From the NCBI GenBank assembly GCA_963767735.1, contig CAVYES010000002.1, positions 128,001-192,000 of the forward strand: 64,000 bases of DNA, given 5' to 3'. The position numbers and the translations under genes are program-made. This document shows positions 19,791 through 29,697 of this stretch, piece by piece; the first letter of the stretch is position 1, and every line of letters starts with the position of its first letter. This DNA is from Candidatus Bathyarchaeota archaeon. Its GTDB lineage: Archaea > Thermoproteota > Bathyarchaeia > Bathyarchaeales > Bathycorpusculaceae. Below the pieces are notes generated by a model, which was not told the DNA's origin, searched no databases, and saw nothing but the letters and a program-made list of their open reading frames with translations.

Positions 19791-20282
19791 ATGCAAGTCA
19801 CTGATTTAGTGCGTTATAATCACGTTGTTCGTGGATTCTATCTGGATGCTATGGCAAAGTTGCCTTGGGCGGCGGTTGTTGAGCCTAAAGGGTTAAGTTT
19901 TGATTCGATACGTAATGTGTTTTTGCATTTGACGTTTGTTGAAGACAGGTGGATAAACTGCATCATCCCTGGCCATTCCGATGAGTGGGTTGACCTAAGC
20001 TTCGATGATTTCAAAGACATGGACTCATTAAAAAAATACGTGCAGCAAACCGAGATTAAAACTGAAAAGTACTTAGAGAAACTCTCAAACGAAGAATTGA
20101 ACAAACAAATCGTAATTCCCTGGGGAAACAAGCCAGACATGCGCATCAGCATCGAAACGGCTCTTTGCCAAATTGTCACGGAAGACCTGATTCATTATGG
20201 TGAATTATCGGCGCTTTTTTGGCAAATGGGCATCGAGGCACCATACCTTGGCTTTTGGCGCTACAAACATATGCATCCGTAG
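19791..20282 (+). CDS. DinB/YfiT-family protein
   Basis: SIRNVFLHL..VE..W and HYGELSALFWQMG. Confidence 0.8.
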   Translation: MQVTDLVRYNHVVRGFYLDAMAKLPWAAVVEPKGLSFDSIRNVFLHLTFVEDRWINCIIPGHSDEWVDLSFDDFKDMDSLKKYVQQTEIKTEKYLEKLSNEELNKQIVIPWGNKPDMRISIETALCQIVTEDLIHYGELSALFWQMGIEAPYLGFWRYKHMHP

Positions 20283-20358
20283 ATTAGCAAAGGTTTATAC
20301 TTTAATTTCTTTATTGTATTCTTGTTTTTTAGGTTTAATTTTGAGTGGAGGTGAAATT

Positions 20359-20799
20359 TTGGCTGATATTGTAGATACTGCGATGGGTTCAGACATGTTT
20401 AAGACGCTTGTAATGGCTGTAAAAACTGCTGGGCTGGTTGATGCGTTAAAGATGCCGGGTCCATTTACGGTTTTTGCGCCCACTGATGAAGCATTCGCTA
20501 AAGTACCTAAAGCTGACCTTGACATTCTTATGAAAGACACCATGAAGTTGAAGGATGTTTTGCTGTTCCATGTGGCTGAAGGAAAAATGATGGCTGCAGA
20601 TTTGGCTAAACACGAGTATCTTAAGGCGCTTCAGGGAGGAGAATTAAGGATAGACGCGAAAACTTGGCATTTGCACAGAAACATGAAAATTAACGGCGCA
20701 AACATCATCAAACCAGACATGGTCGTTGATAATGGAGTCATCCATGCCATAGACAAAGTGTTAATGCCCAAGATGGCAATGATGAATCCAAAAATGTAG
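20359..20799 (+). CDS. Fasciclin (FAS1) domain protein
   Basis: GPFTVFAPTDEAFAK and NGVIHAIDKVL; TTG start after GGAGGTGA ribosome-binding site. Confidence 0.92.
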   Translation: MADIVDTAMGSDMFKTLVMAVKTAGLVDALKMPGPFTVFAPTDEAFAKVPKADLDILMKDTMKLKDVLLFHVAEGKMMAADLAKHEYLKALQGGELRIDAKTWHLHRNMKINGANIIKPDMVVDNGVIHAIDKVLMPKMAMMNPKM

Positions 20800-20873
20800 A
20801 TAAAGCCTGTAATTTAATAGGAATCTCTATTTTTTTTAAAATTGACGCAAAAAAAGAAAGTGAAATTTGGGGC

Positions 20874-21053
20874 TTATTTGCTGGTTTTCGGGCTTGGTTT
20901 TGCGCTTGCTTTAGGCTTTGCCGTTGCTTTAACCGGTTTCATTGGTTCGCCACAACACATTATCTCTGTTGTTTCGCAACCGCATGGTTCTTCAACTAAG
21001 ATTACTAGCCCACAATCTTCACAGTGATATTTGTCGCCTTTTTTATTTGCCAA
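20874..21053 (-). CDS. 59-aa desulforedoxin-like Cys-rich metal-binding protein (absent from ORF track)
   Basis: Manual translation MANKKGDKYHCEDCGLVILVEEPCGCETTEIMCCGEPMKPVKATAKPKASAKPSPKTSK; YxCxxCG...CCGxPM pattern; AGGAAGTG upstream. Confidence 0.8.
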   Translation of the reverse strand: MANKKGDKYHCEDCGLVILVEEPCGCETTEIMCCGEPMKPVKATAKPKASAKPSPKTSK

Positions 21054-21162
21054 AAATTAACACTTCCTTAAAATTTCGCTATATTATAATGTAATGAACA
21101 TTCTAATAAAAATATCCAAATTAATTCGAAGCGTCAACGCATTTGATGCCGAGGAAAAGAAC

Positions 21163-21603
21163 CTAGGAGGTTAAGCAGTTTTTTTTAATTTGTTGTTCCA
21201 TCTTCCTTGCTACATGGTCAAGTTTCGCTCTTTCAACCTCTTTTAGGCTGTTGAAATTTGGCAGTTTCTGTCCTTCAAATCTGGGAACTACATGCACATG
21301 GATGTGAAAAATGTCTTGTCCAGCTGCCCTGCCGTTTTGCTGAATAATGGTGATGCCGTCGCTGTTTGTAACTTTTTTAACTGCTGTAGAAACTTGTTTA
21401 GTCACCTTGTAAATTTGGCTAAGCACCTCTTCGGGAATATCAAAAATATCGACGTAGTGCTCTTTTGGAATAATAAGGGTGTGCCCCTCGTTTAAAGGCC
21501 GTATATCCATGAAAGCCATCACCGTTTCATCCTCGTAAACGATGCTTGCCGTGGCTTGTTTTCTTACTATTTTGCAGAATATGCAGGATTCGTCAAAGCT
21601 CAA
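21163..21603 (-). CDS. HIT-family nucleotide hydrolase
   Basis: CIFCKI, GHTLIIPK, HIHVHVVPR histidine triad. Confidence 0.93.
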   Translation of the reverse strand: MSFDESCIFCKIVRKQATASIVYEDETVMAFMDIRPLNEGHTLIIPKEHYVDIFDIPEEVLSQIYKVTKQVSTAVKKVTNSDGITIIQQNGRAAGQDIFHIHVHVVPRFEGQKLPNFNSLKEVERAKLDHVARKMEQQIKKNCLTS

Positions 21604-21697
21604 ATCAAAGTCACCTTTGAAGGAATTAACATGTTTGCAATCAGTTTATATGTTAAGGCAACTTCATATTTATTTCACTGACCAGAGGGTTAAAAAA

Positions 21698-21985
21698 ATG
21701 ACTGAGTTAGAAGATAAAGTACGCGTAGAAGTAGGCAAAGTGCAAGACCCAGAAACAGGACAAACATTTGAAGAAATGCAGATGATCCAAAGCGTAAAAG
21801 AAACTGAGCCCGGCACAGTCACAGTAGAATTCGTCCCCACCAGCCCATTCTGCCCCATAGCCTTCAAACTCGCCGCAGACATCAAAACCGCAGCAAAATC
21901 AGTTCCAGGCATAAAAAAAGCGGTAGTTTACTGCCGCGGCCACGCGATGGAACAGCAAATCAACGAAATGACCAACAAACAATAA
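21698..21985 (+). CDS. DUF59/MIP18 Fe-S cluster assembly domain protein
   Basis: VQDPE and PTSPFCP motifs; ATG at 21698. Confidence 0.85.
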   Translation: MTELEDKVRVEVGKVQDPETGQTFEEMQMIQSVKETEPGTVTVEFVPTSPFCPIAFKLAADIKTAAKSVPGIKKAVVYCRGHAMEQQINEMTNKQ

Positions 21986-22044
21986 AGCTAATTTTCCACT
22001 GTTCTTTTTTCAATTCAAATTGAACAAGTAAAAAAAAATTGGGG

Positions 22045-22368
22045 TTATCTGATGAATCCGCAGTTTCTACTGTGCGATTCTTCGCCGTCTGTGGAATCGT
22101 TGTAGTCTCTAAAGCCTGTGTGTAGCTTTGCTCGAATTTCAACGCGTATTCTTGAAACATTTTTTGCATAACGTTTTATCATCATGAAAATGTTGTTGAA
22201 GTTCATTTGCCTGGCAATCGCCAAGAAAGCAACTATGCCCATTGACGCCAACAAAACGGTTAGTGGACTAACTGTAGCTGCCAACAAACCTACTGCGGCA
22301 ACTAAGGCAACATAAATTATGCTTCTTAACCTTCGCATACTTGTCACCAATAATTGTATAGGATACAA
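22045..22368 (-). CDS. Small hypothetical membrane protein
   Basis: Two hydrophobic helices followed by a basic tail. Confidence 0.4.
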   Translation of the reverse strand: MYPIQLLVTSMRRLRSIIYVALVAAVGLLAATVSPLTVLLASMGIVAFLAIARQMNFNNIFMMIKRYAKNVSRIRVEIRAKLHTGFRDYNDSTDGEESHSRNCGFIR

Positions 22369-22490
22369 GTTGCTTAAAGGCTTTTTTACGGATCAAAAAT
22401 CCCGCTTTCCCTCACGTTTAAAAAAAATAACCGAAAAACGGCTTACCCTAAGCTTTGCCATGAATTATGCGGTGTTTACGGGGCGACTTA

Positions 22491-23267
22491 CTACTTCATT
22501 TTGGTAAAAGCCCAGGTGCCTACCACGATCATTATGCCATCGAACAACGCGATAACTCCAATGTCAACCCACAAAGACTGAACCTGAAGAGGTGCCCATG
22601 AATTTCCCAGCATGACATGACGTAGTGCGTCGACACCGTAAGTTAACGGGTTCCACGCAGCCACATCGGTTAACCAAGCTGGAAGGCCTCCCCCTTTAAG
22701 CGGGAACAATGCGCCGCTTAGAAAGAACAGGGGCAGGTTAACGAACGTTTGGATTGCACCGAAGCCTTCAAGGTTACTCATGAAACTTGCAATCGTTAAT
22801 CCAATGCTTACTAAGCCAAAGGAGACAAGCATCAAAATGGGCAGCGCGTACAGAAGAGTAATTGGATTCAGTGGGATGCCTATAGTTAAGCCGATAACAA
22901 ACACTATTATGCCCTGCAAGAAAGCGTCTGTGCTGTCACCAACCATTTTTCCGAGAAAAATTGTAAATCTAGAAACTGGTGAAACAAGGATTTCTTTCAT
23001 GAAACCGAATTCTTTGTCCCAAATGACGTTTATACCCATGAACATGGCGGTGAAAAGAATAGTTTGACCAATTATTCCAGGAAGAAGAAACTGCCTAAAA
23101 TCCAGGTCCGCTGGCAACGATCCTATAAACCGCGTAGCAAAGGCAGCGGCGAAAATGATAAGCCACAGTATAGGCTGAACGAAACTGGTAACCAGCCGCG
23201 TCCTATCCCTGATGAACCGCTTGATTTCTCTAAGCCAGAGACTATAGAAGCCTCGGCGCTCGCTCAT
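22491..23267 (-). CDS. ABC-2 permease (DrrB-like)
   Basis: DKEFGFMKEILVSP, FLSGALFP, NPLTYGVDALR. Confidence 0.92.
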   Translation of the reverse strand: MSERRGFYSLWLREIKRFIRDRTRLVTSFVQPILWLIIFAAAFATRFIGSLPADLDFRQFLLPGIIGQTILFTAMFMGINVIWDKEFGFMKEILVSPVSRFTIFLGKMVGDSTDAFLQGIIVFVIGLTIGIPLNPITLLYALPILMLVSFGLVSIGLTIASFMSNLEGFGAIQTFVNLPLFFLSGALFPLKGGGLPAWLTDVAAWNPLTYGVDALRHVMLGNSWAPLQVQSLWVDIGVIALFDGIMIVVGTWAFTKMK

Positions 23268-24253
23268 CTTATTTGCCTCCTGCGGGCTGCGGCTATACCG
23301 TGCAGTTCTTTGGTTGTGTCTTCCCGAATATTTCTGCCAGTATAATGTAGAAAAACGTCTTCGAGGTTTGGTTCACGCAAAAGCACGGATTCTACATAGA
23401 TATTGTTTTGGGTTGCTAACTCCATGATTCTGGGCATCACGACTTTTCCATTGCGGACAGTTACTTCAAGCGCGCCGTCAACAATCTGTTTTTGGTTGAA
23501 GCCCAACGATTTAGTTACAAGCTCGGATAAAGCGTCAATGTTGTTTGCTCTGATAACCACAACGTCTCCTTCAAGCGTCTCCTTAAGCTTGGACGGCGAA
23601 TCTAAGATTACAATTTTGCCATAGTCCATGATGGCTATGCGATCTGAAAGCCTGTCCGCCTCGTCCATGTAATGAGTGGTTAAAACCACTGTTATGTCAT
23701 GTGACTTTTTTAAGTCGTGGATGTACTTCCAAATGTGGTCTCTTGTTTGCGGGTCCAATCCAACTGTGGGCTCATCTAAGAAAAGCACTTTGGGATAATG
23801 AATTAAACCGCGACCCAACTCGAGCCTACGCCGCATACCACCCGAGTACGTGCGCAGTAAACTATCTGCTCTATCTTCTAATTCAACAAGCTTAAGAATG
23901 CGGTCTACACGTTCTTTCTGTTCTGATGCTGGAACTCCATATAAGTTAGCGTGCATGTAGAGGTTTTCTCGACCAGTTAGCCTGTCGTCGATGCTTGGAT
24001 CTTGAAAAACGATGCCGATTGATTTGCGCACTTTGTTCGCTTCTTTAACAATGTCATAGCCGTTGACTGTTGCAGTCCCAGATGATGGCTTAAGAATCGT
24101 GCAAAGCATCGATATAACAGTGGTTTTTCCAGCACCGTTGGGTCCAAGTAACCCAAAAATTTCGCCTGGTTCAACTGTTATGTCTAATTTATCAACCGCC
24201 TTCAGTGAACCATAGGATTTTGTTAATTGATGAGTTTCAATGACATGAGTCAT
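23264..24253 (-). CDS. ABC-2 ATP-binding protein (DrrA-like)
   Basis: GPNGAGKTT, YSGGM, LDEPT, TTHY, NLEDVFL; likely start MTHVIE at 24253. Confidence 0.93.
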   Translation of the reverse strand: MTHVIETHQLTKSYGSLKAVDKLDITVEPGEIFGLLGPNGAGKTTVISMLCTILKPSSGTATVNGYDIVKEANKVRKSIGIVFQDPSIDDRLTGRENLYMHANLYGVPASEQKERVDRILKLVELEDRADSLLRTYSGGMRRRLELGRGLIHYPKVLFLDEPTVGLDPQTRDHIWKYIHDLKKSHDITVVLTTHYMDEADRLSDRIAIMDYGKIVILDSPSKLKETLEGDVVVIRANNIDALSELVTKSLGFNQKQIVDGALEVTVRNGKVVMPRIMELATQNNIYVESVLLREPNLEDVFLHYTGRNIREDTTKELHGIAAARRRQIR

Positions 24254-24412
24254 TTTTCGATTTCTCTTCCAGCAATTCAGATGCAAGGCAGATTTAAGGT
24301 TATTTGTGATTCTTCCCGTTTTTTTCTTTATTTTTTGACCGCCATCATCTGGGAGACGCTTACAATTGTGCAAGAGATTACGCATTAGCCTTAAATAGAG
24401 AGGCTTTTCTAT

Positions 24413-25210
24413 TTGCAGTTGGCGGCGCTGTTAAGCATGTACTCTCAATATGCGGTTGAGCTCAAAAATGTGACAAAACGCTACAACGAAATAGTGGCGG
24501 TAAAGAATTTTAATCTAACAATAAGTACAGGTGAAATTTTCGGGCTTTTGGGGCCCAACGGTTCTGGAAAATCAACTACACTTAAAATGCTGCTTGGTTT
24601 AGTTACACCTGATGAGGGAAGCGTTAACGTGCTGGGATTAGATGCGTTAAAGCAGCCTGTGGAGGTTAAGCGCCTCGTGGGGTACGTTCCTGAATCAGCT
24701 AACCTTTACGAGTTTCTAACTGGAATAGAATACTTGGATTTCATAGCAGACATCTACGGTGTCCCGACAGAAGAGAAGAAACAGCGGATAACCGAGTACC
24801 TTAAAGCGCTGCAGCTTGAAGGCAGAGAAGGCGACATGATAAACAGTTACTCGGACGGCATGAAAAAGAAAATTAGCCTTATCTCAGCGTTTATTCACAA
24901 GCCCAAGCTTCTGATTCTTGATGAGCCGCTAAACGCATTGGATCCTCGTTCCGCAAGAATAGTTAAGGAATTTCTATATGAACTAAAAAACCAGGGCGTA
25001 ACCACCATAATGTCAACCCATGTGCTTGAAATAGCCGAGGCGATTTGTGATCGAATTGGCATAATGTATCAAGGGCAACTTTTAGCATTGGGCAACATGG
25101 ATGAACTGAGAAAAACAGCCCGCATGCCAGGCTCAGATTTAGAGGATGTTTTCCTTAAGTTGACTGGTACTGAAGATTTGAGAGCTGTCGTTGAGGAACT
25201 AATGAAATGA
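24413..25210 (+). CDS. ABC-2 ATP-binding protein
   Basis: GPNGSGKST, YSDGM, LDEP, STH. Confidence 0.92.
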   Translation: MQLAALLSMYSQYAVELKNVTKRYNEIVAVKNFNLTISTGEIFGLLGPNGSGKSTTLKMLLGLVTPDEGSVNVLGLDALKQPVEVKRLVGYVPESANLYEFLTGIEYLDFIADIYGVPTEEKKQRITEYLKALQLEGREGDMINSYSDGMKKKISLISAFIHKPKLLILDEPLNALDPRSARIVKEFLYELKNQGVTTIMSTHVLEIAEAICDRIGIMYQGQLLALGNMDELRKTARMPGSDLEDVFLKLTGTEDLRAVVEELMK

Positions 25211-26883
25211 ACTGGAAAAACGTCCTCTACCTGCTTCAGGTTGAACGCAAATCTGGCAGGTTAATTAGGGGAATTAAAGCCACCCATTACAGGGAAAACA
25301 GTTTCATTGCCTATTGGCCCTATTGGGTAGCGGCAATTCTAGGCGTTATTGGCGGTCTGGGGGCGTCATTAATTGTGTCAGCAACTTATTCAAGCGGAGC
25401 AGTTAAAGGCTTACCGCCTTTGAATGTCACGGCACTTAGCTTTTTCTCTGTGTTACCGACTCTTGTTTTAGGTATCAGCATAGTGTTTACGTTTTTCCAG
25501 CAAATACAGTTAGCAGGAAAAGCTTCTAGCCAAGTGATGTATTGGCTGCCAGTAACTTGGGAAGAGCACACTTTGGCTTCAATATTGGCTAGCTTGTCAG
25601 GGTGGCCCGCTGCCGTTGTTGTGGGCTTAAGCTCTGGGCTGATTGCCTTTTCGGCTTTGAACGGACTAATTCTTCAAGCGCTACTGACAATTCTCATTCT
25701 GATTGCAGCCGCTTTCTTAGCTAGCTCGATAACAGAAATTGTAAGAGTTATACAAGTGCGTTTCACAGGCGCCGTCTACAAATCAAGCGGAAGAGCAGCC
25801 ATATGGTTGCGACTCGTAGGCTCGCTACTGATTATCGCAATATTCTACATCATCTATTTCTACGTGATCTCTGGAGCTAACACTATAATCACAGGCTTAT
25901 CTGCCGCGCAGAACAGAGCGTGGTATGTGCCTTTTGTTTGGCTGCCCCTGATACTGTCATACGTTACCAAAGGTTTGTTCTTGCAGAGTCTCCTGTTCGC
26001 TGCTTTATCCGCCGCCCTCATCGCTGGGCTGTATTACCTTGCCGTCGACCTCAACAAGCGCTTCGGACTTTACGAACCACCAGCAATAACGGTTCAAAAA
26101 AGCGGCTTTTATTCCCCAAAAACTGGAATTCTAGGTAAGCTCGGCTTCTCCACTGCTGAAGCAGCTTTAATTCGAAAGGATCTAAGGGCGTTTACTAGGC
26201 GCCGGGAGCTGTTAGGCACATACTTTATGCCTATTATCATAGTTATAATTTCAATTTTCTACTCATTGGGCATAAACAGTGGCTCATCCGGATCCTCAAC
26301 CATTTCAATTTGGTCTGGCGTCATTTTTCTGGTGCCTGCCAGCGGCATGGCTTCGCTGTTAGGGCAAGTTTTGATTGGCGAGGAAGGGCAAGTAATGTGG
26401 CGAATTTACGCCTCTCCAATTTCAGCCAAGAACTTGGTAAAAAGCAAGTTTTTCTTAACTATAATCTTTTCAGTCATTATTTTACTGATAACGGGGTTCA
26501 TAGGCATAGTAGTTTTCCATCCAAGCCTACGAAAGACGGTTATAGCCATGGTCGAAGCTCTCTTAATTGCAGTGGCGGTGGCGTCGGTTTCGCTGCAAAT
26601 CGGTTTTAGAGGCCCAGACTTTTCAGGAACAAGAAGAGCAAGAATGATTCGTCAGGAATGGTCACTGATAGGCACAGTTGCTTCCGCTCTTACAGGAGCA
26701 GCAGTTTTTGCACCAGTGTTTGCACAATACGGATTAGCCCTACTTTCCGGCACATCCGTCAGCACATTAAACTACACAATCGGCGTACTCATAAGCGCTG
26801 CAATTTCCATAGCAATCACCGCAATCTTCTATCAGGCAAACCTCGCCAGTGCACGAGAACTATTGAGAAAAGCCGAAGTTTAA
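25207..26883 (+). CDS. Large ABC-2-type permease
   Basis: About 13 TM helices, KDLRAFTR motif; ATGA overlap with the ATPase gene. Confidence 0.8.
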   Translation: MNWKNVLYLLQVERKSGRLIRGIKATHYRENSFIAYWPYWVAAILGVIGGLGASLIVSATYSSGAVKGLPPLNVTALSFFSVLPTLVLGISIVFTFFQQIQLAGKASSQVMYWLPVTWEEHTLASILASLSGWPAAVVVGLSSGLIAFSALNGLILQALLTILILIAAAFLASSITEIVRVIQVRFTGAVYKSSGRAAIWLRLVGSLLIIAIFYIIYFYVISGANTIITGLSAAQNRAWYVPFVWLPLILSYVTKGLFLQSLLFAALSAALIAGLYYLAVDLNKRFGLYEPPAITVQKSGFYSPKTGILGKLGFSTAEAALIRKDLRAFTRRRELLGTYFMPIIIVIISIFYSLGINSGSSGSSTISIWSGVIFLVPASGMASLLGQVLIGEEGQVMWRIYASPISAKNLVKSKFFLTIIFSVIILLITGFIGIVVFHPSLRKTVIAMVEALLIAVAVASVSLQIGFRGPDFSGTRRARMIRQEWSLIGTVASALTGAAVFAPVFAQYGLALLSGTSVSTLNYTIGVLISAAISIAITAIFYQANLASARELLRKAEV

Positions 26884-26939
26884 GCGCCCTGCATTCCCTC
26901 AAGTTCAAAAGAAAGATGAGAACCTTCCAAAGCGTTCGG

Positions 26940-27448
26940 ACAAAAGGAAAAGGTAAGCCTTGGCAGTTTGAAAATGCCTACGGGACTTCGTCTTTGCGAT
27001 CTATTCTGCACATTCAGGCTTTGATTGATGATTTTCAAGTTGACATGGCTAAAATCATGAAGATTTACACCAAGCCCATGCTTGTGCTCCAATGCGGCGT
27101 TTATGAAACACAACTGTTCTCATTGATTTTGCGTGGTGATTTTCCTGACAGCTCGATTATTCTAGATAAGATTCCTAAGATTAAATGGAGGCCGATTTGG
27201 GAGCCGCCTACAGACGTTAAAATGATCGTGTTATCGACCTCTAAAATAACATGATGACGGGCGACCTGGAAGCGCGTGCCGAACTTGGCATGCCGGAAAC
27301 CATTAAAGGCAACTTAAAGGCGCAGCCCACGCAACCGCAAGAACCTGTGCAGACTCAGCAGTCTTCCGCTGACCGTCTTAACATACTGCAAGAACCACAA
27401 ACCCAAAAGGCATGCGCTCAGAAAGTGGGAGGCAAGAATGAGCGATGA
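26940..27448 (+). pseudogene. Degraded, internally deleted phage portal protein fragment
   Basis: FENAYGTSSLRSIL..Q......D...IM..Y..PM joined directly to a C-terminal portal-like ETQLF..I...IPKIKWRP segment, then after a frameshift DL....GD.EARAELGMPE. Confidence 0.55.
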
Positions 27449-27510
27449 CGCTGGTTATCGTGTATCGTTAATAGAAAAGAAGAAAACGCGCAGCGCGCGT
27501 CTAATTGAAA

Positions 27511-28734
27511 TCAGGGGGAGTTAGCGTCGATTTTTTCGACTTTTTTCCTACCAATTGAAACGGCATATAAGGTCACAACTACCATTGCTGCAGCCATTAA
27601 AACGAGCGCTATACTGCTGAATTCAGGTACTGTTGGGGATGGGGAAGCAGTCACAGTTGAGGTTGCTGAGGGGGACGAAGTTGGAGTTGCAGTAGCAGAC
27701 GAACTAGATATTACTGAGACTGTGCTGTCGCCAGCATTAGTCACGAATATCTCGCCCTTGCCAGAATCATAAGCCACGCCAAAGGCACCTCCTCCCACAG
27801 TCACGGTTGAAACCACAGCATTGGTGCTGTCAGATATAACTGAGACCGTTCCGTCGACTGTGTTGGCTACGAAGATCTGGCCCGTGCTAGAGTCATAAGC
27901 TAAGTCTTCTGGAGTGTTTCCCACAGGCACGGTTGCAACCACCGCGTTGGTGGTGTCCGATATAACCGTGACATTGTTTACGCCAGCATGGGTTACGAAT
28001 ATTTCGCCTTTTCCAGAATCATAAGCTACACCAAAAGCAACGCCTGCTTGTGGGGGGAATTCCGTGGTTATATTTGCAACTACGGCATTGGTGCTGTCAG
28101 ATATAACATCGACCGCGTCATAACCTTGAATGGCCACGTATATATCGCCTGTGCCGGAATCATAAGCCACGCCCTGTGGCCAGTCATCAATTGTTCCTTC
28201 CGTCTGTACGGGTATGGTGGCAACCACAGTATTGGTGTTGTCCGATATGACCGACATGTCAGGGGGGGTGTCGCCCGTATTGGACACGAATATCTCACCT
28301 TTGCTGGGATCATAAGCTATGCCTCCGGGATCGGTTCCCACGGTTATGTTTGCAACCACCGTATTGGTGCTGTCTGATATAACCGAGACTGTGCCGAGTG
28401 TCGTTTGGGCGTTACCATTGGCTACGAATATCTCGCCTTTGACAGAATCATAAGCTAAAGCATAGGGGGCGTATCTCATGGGCACGGTTGCAATCACAGC
28501 GTTAGTCTTGTCAGATATAACCGAGACCGTGTCGGAGCCCGCATTAGTTACGAATACTTCGCCTTTGCCAGAATCATAAACTGCGCCATAATCATAAGGA
28601 TTATCAGTGCCTGCGGTACCCACTGGTATCGTGGCGATTACAGAGAGACCATAGACCGAATGGGCAATTGACAAAGCAAAAACTGCAATGAGTATTAAAC
28701 TTAAAAGTTTCCAAACTTTAGCTTTCATAAACAT
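27511..28734 (-). CDS. Secreted YVTN/YncE beta-propeller surface protein with PEF-CTERM-like anchor
   Basis: Signal peptide; seven repeats of AYDSGKGEIFVTN...TVSVISD.TN.VVATI; S/T/P linker; VPEF-TM-RKK tail. Confidence 0.9.
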   Translation of the reverse strand: MFMKAKVWKLLSLILIAVFALSIAHSVYGLSVIATIPVGTAGTDNPYDYGAVYDSGKGEVFVTNAGSDTVSVISDKTNAVIATVPMRYAPYALAYDSVKGEIFVANGNAQTTLGTVSVISDSTNTVVANITVGTDPGGIAYDPSKGEIFVSNTGDTPPDMSVISDNTNTVVATIPVQTEGTIDDWPQGVAYDSGTGDIYVAIQGYDAVDVISDSTNAVVANITTEFPPQAGVAFGVAYDSGKGEIFVTHAGVNNVTVISDTTNAVVATVPVGNTPEDLAYDSSTGQIFVANTVDGTVSVISDSTNAVVSTVTVGGGAFGVAYDSGKGEIFVTNAGDSTVSVISSSSATATPTSSPSATSTVTASPSPTVPEFSSIALVLMAAAMVVVTLYAVSIGRKKVEKIDANSP

Positions 28735-29100
28735 TCCTCAACTTTGAGTTCTAAATCAAGCATGTTTAACATAAATTGTCTATTCATGCATAATTCCCTT
28801 CATAAAAGGTCAAGTATTCTCTGATGAAGTTAAAAGCTTTTGCATGGTCTCTCTTGCATCATGTTTAACTAATTTGTGGCCCTGCTGAAGATTAGTTAAA
28901 AATAATTCGTCCTGAAAAAAACGATGATTTTGGCGGCAACACTTACGAGCTTGAGGATACCGATGATTTACTGGATATTTTCTCATACGGGGTATTTGTC
29001 GCAGAGGACACTTTCGCTTGTAACGTTCACCCGAATTGCGCATGTTACAGTGTTAAGCAATCAGATTATCAAAAAAGTTAGAGAAAAGCGGTAGCGTGTT

Positions 29101-29592
29101 CTATACTGTTTCTTTTGTAACGTTTGCTGTAGACGACTTTTCTTTTTGCCTCTCTTGGGAATTTTGGTTTAATGCGTATCCAACAGCGAGACCGGCAAGC
29201 CCAACGCAAAACGACATCCAAAAGATGGATAGTGTCCCTTGGATCACGAACGAGTAGAGAATATTCATGTTAGATCCAGCGGGAGTTATGAACAGATTCG
29301 CAAACGGCCCAAAACCAATAAAGTATCCTACTACACTCCCAAGCAGCAAGGAAATTAGTACAGCTTTGAGATTTGTAGCTATATCAGTTCTTTTCCCGAG
29401 CCAGTAGAAAGTGATGAAAAGAACCAATGGAACAACGGTTATAACTCCGTCAAGGAACTTGAGCCAATTTGTAAGAGCTTGGAAACCACTTGCGTTAGTG
29501 TGAACTTGCAAATACTGACTATAGCCGAATAGAAAACCAATGATCAGGGAGAAAACAAGAACTCCGCCAAATATCCTCCAGTTGAAATTCAT
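29101..29592 (-). CDS. Hypothetical 4-TM membrane protein
   Basis: Four hydrophobic helices; plausible RBS upstream. Confidence 0.65.
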   Translation of the reverse strand: MNFNWRIFGGVLVFSLIIGFLFGYSQYLQVHTNASGFQALTNWLKFLDGVITVVPLVLFITFYWLGKRTDIATNLKAVLISLLLGSVVGYFIGFGPFANLFITPAGSNMNILYSFVIQGTLSIFWMSFCVGLAGLAVGYALNQNSQERQKEKSSTANVTKETV

Positions 29593-29697
29593 GTCCTAAT
29601 CACCAACATTGCTTTCTGTTGAATTTCTTAATAAAATTTTGCTACTGTCACAAAGGCTGCGCTTATGGCTTAACCAAAACTATGAACTAACCCGAAT

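Noticed and set aside
20842-21027. Plus-strand 61-aa hydrophobic ORF
   Set aside because: Shadow of the minus-strand desulforedoxin-like gene
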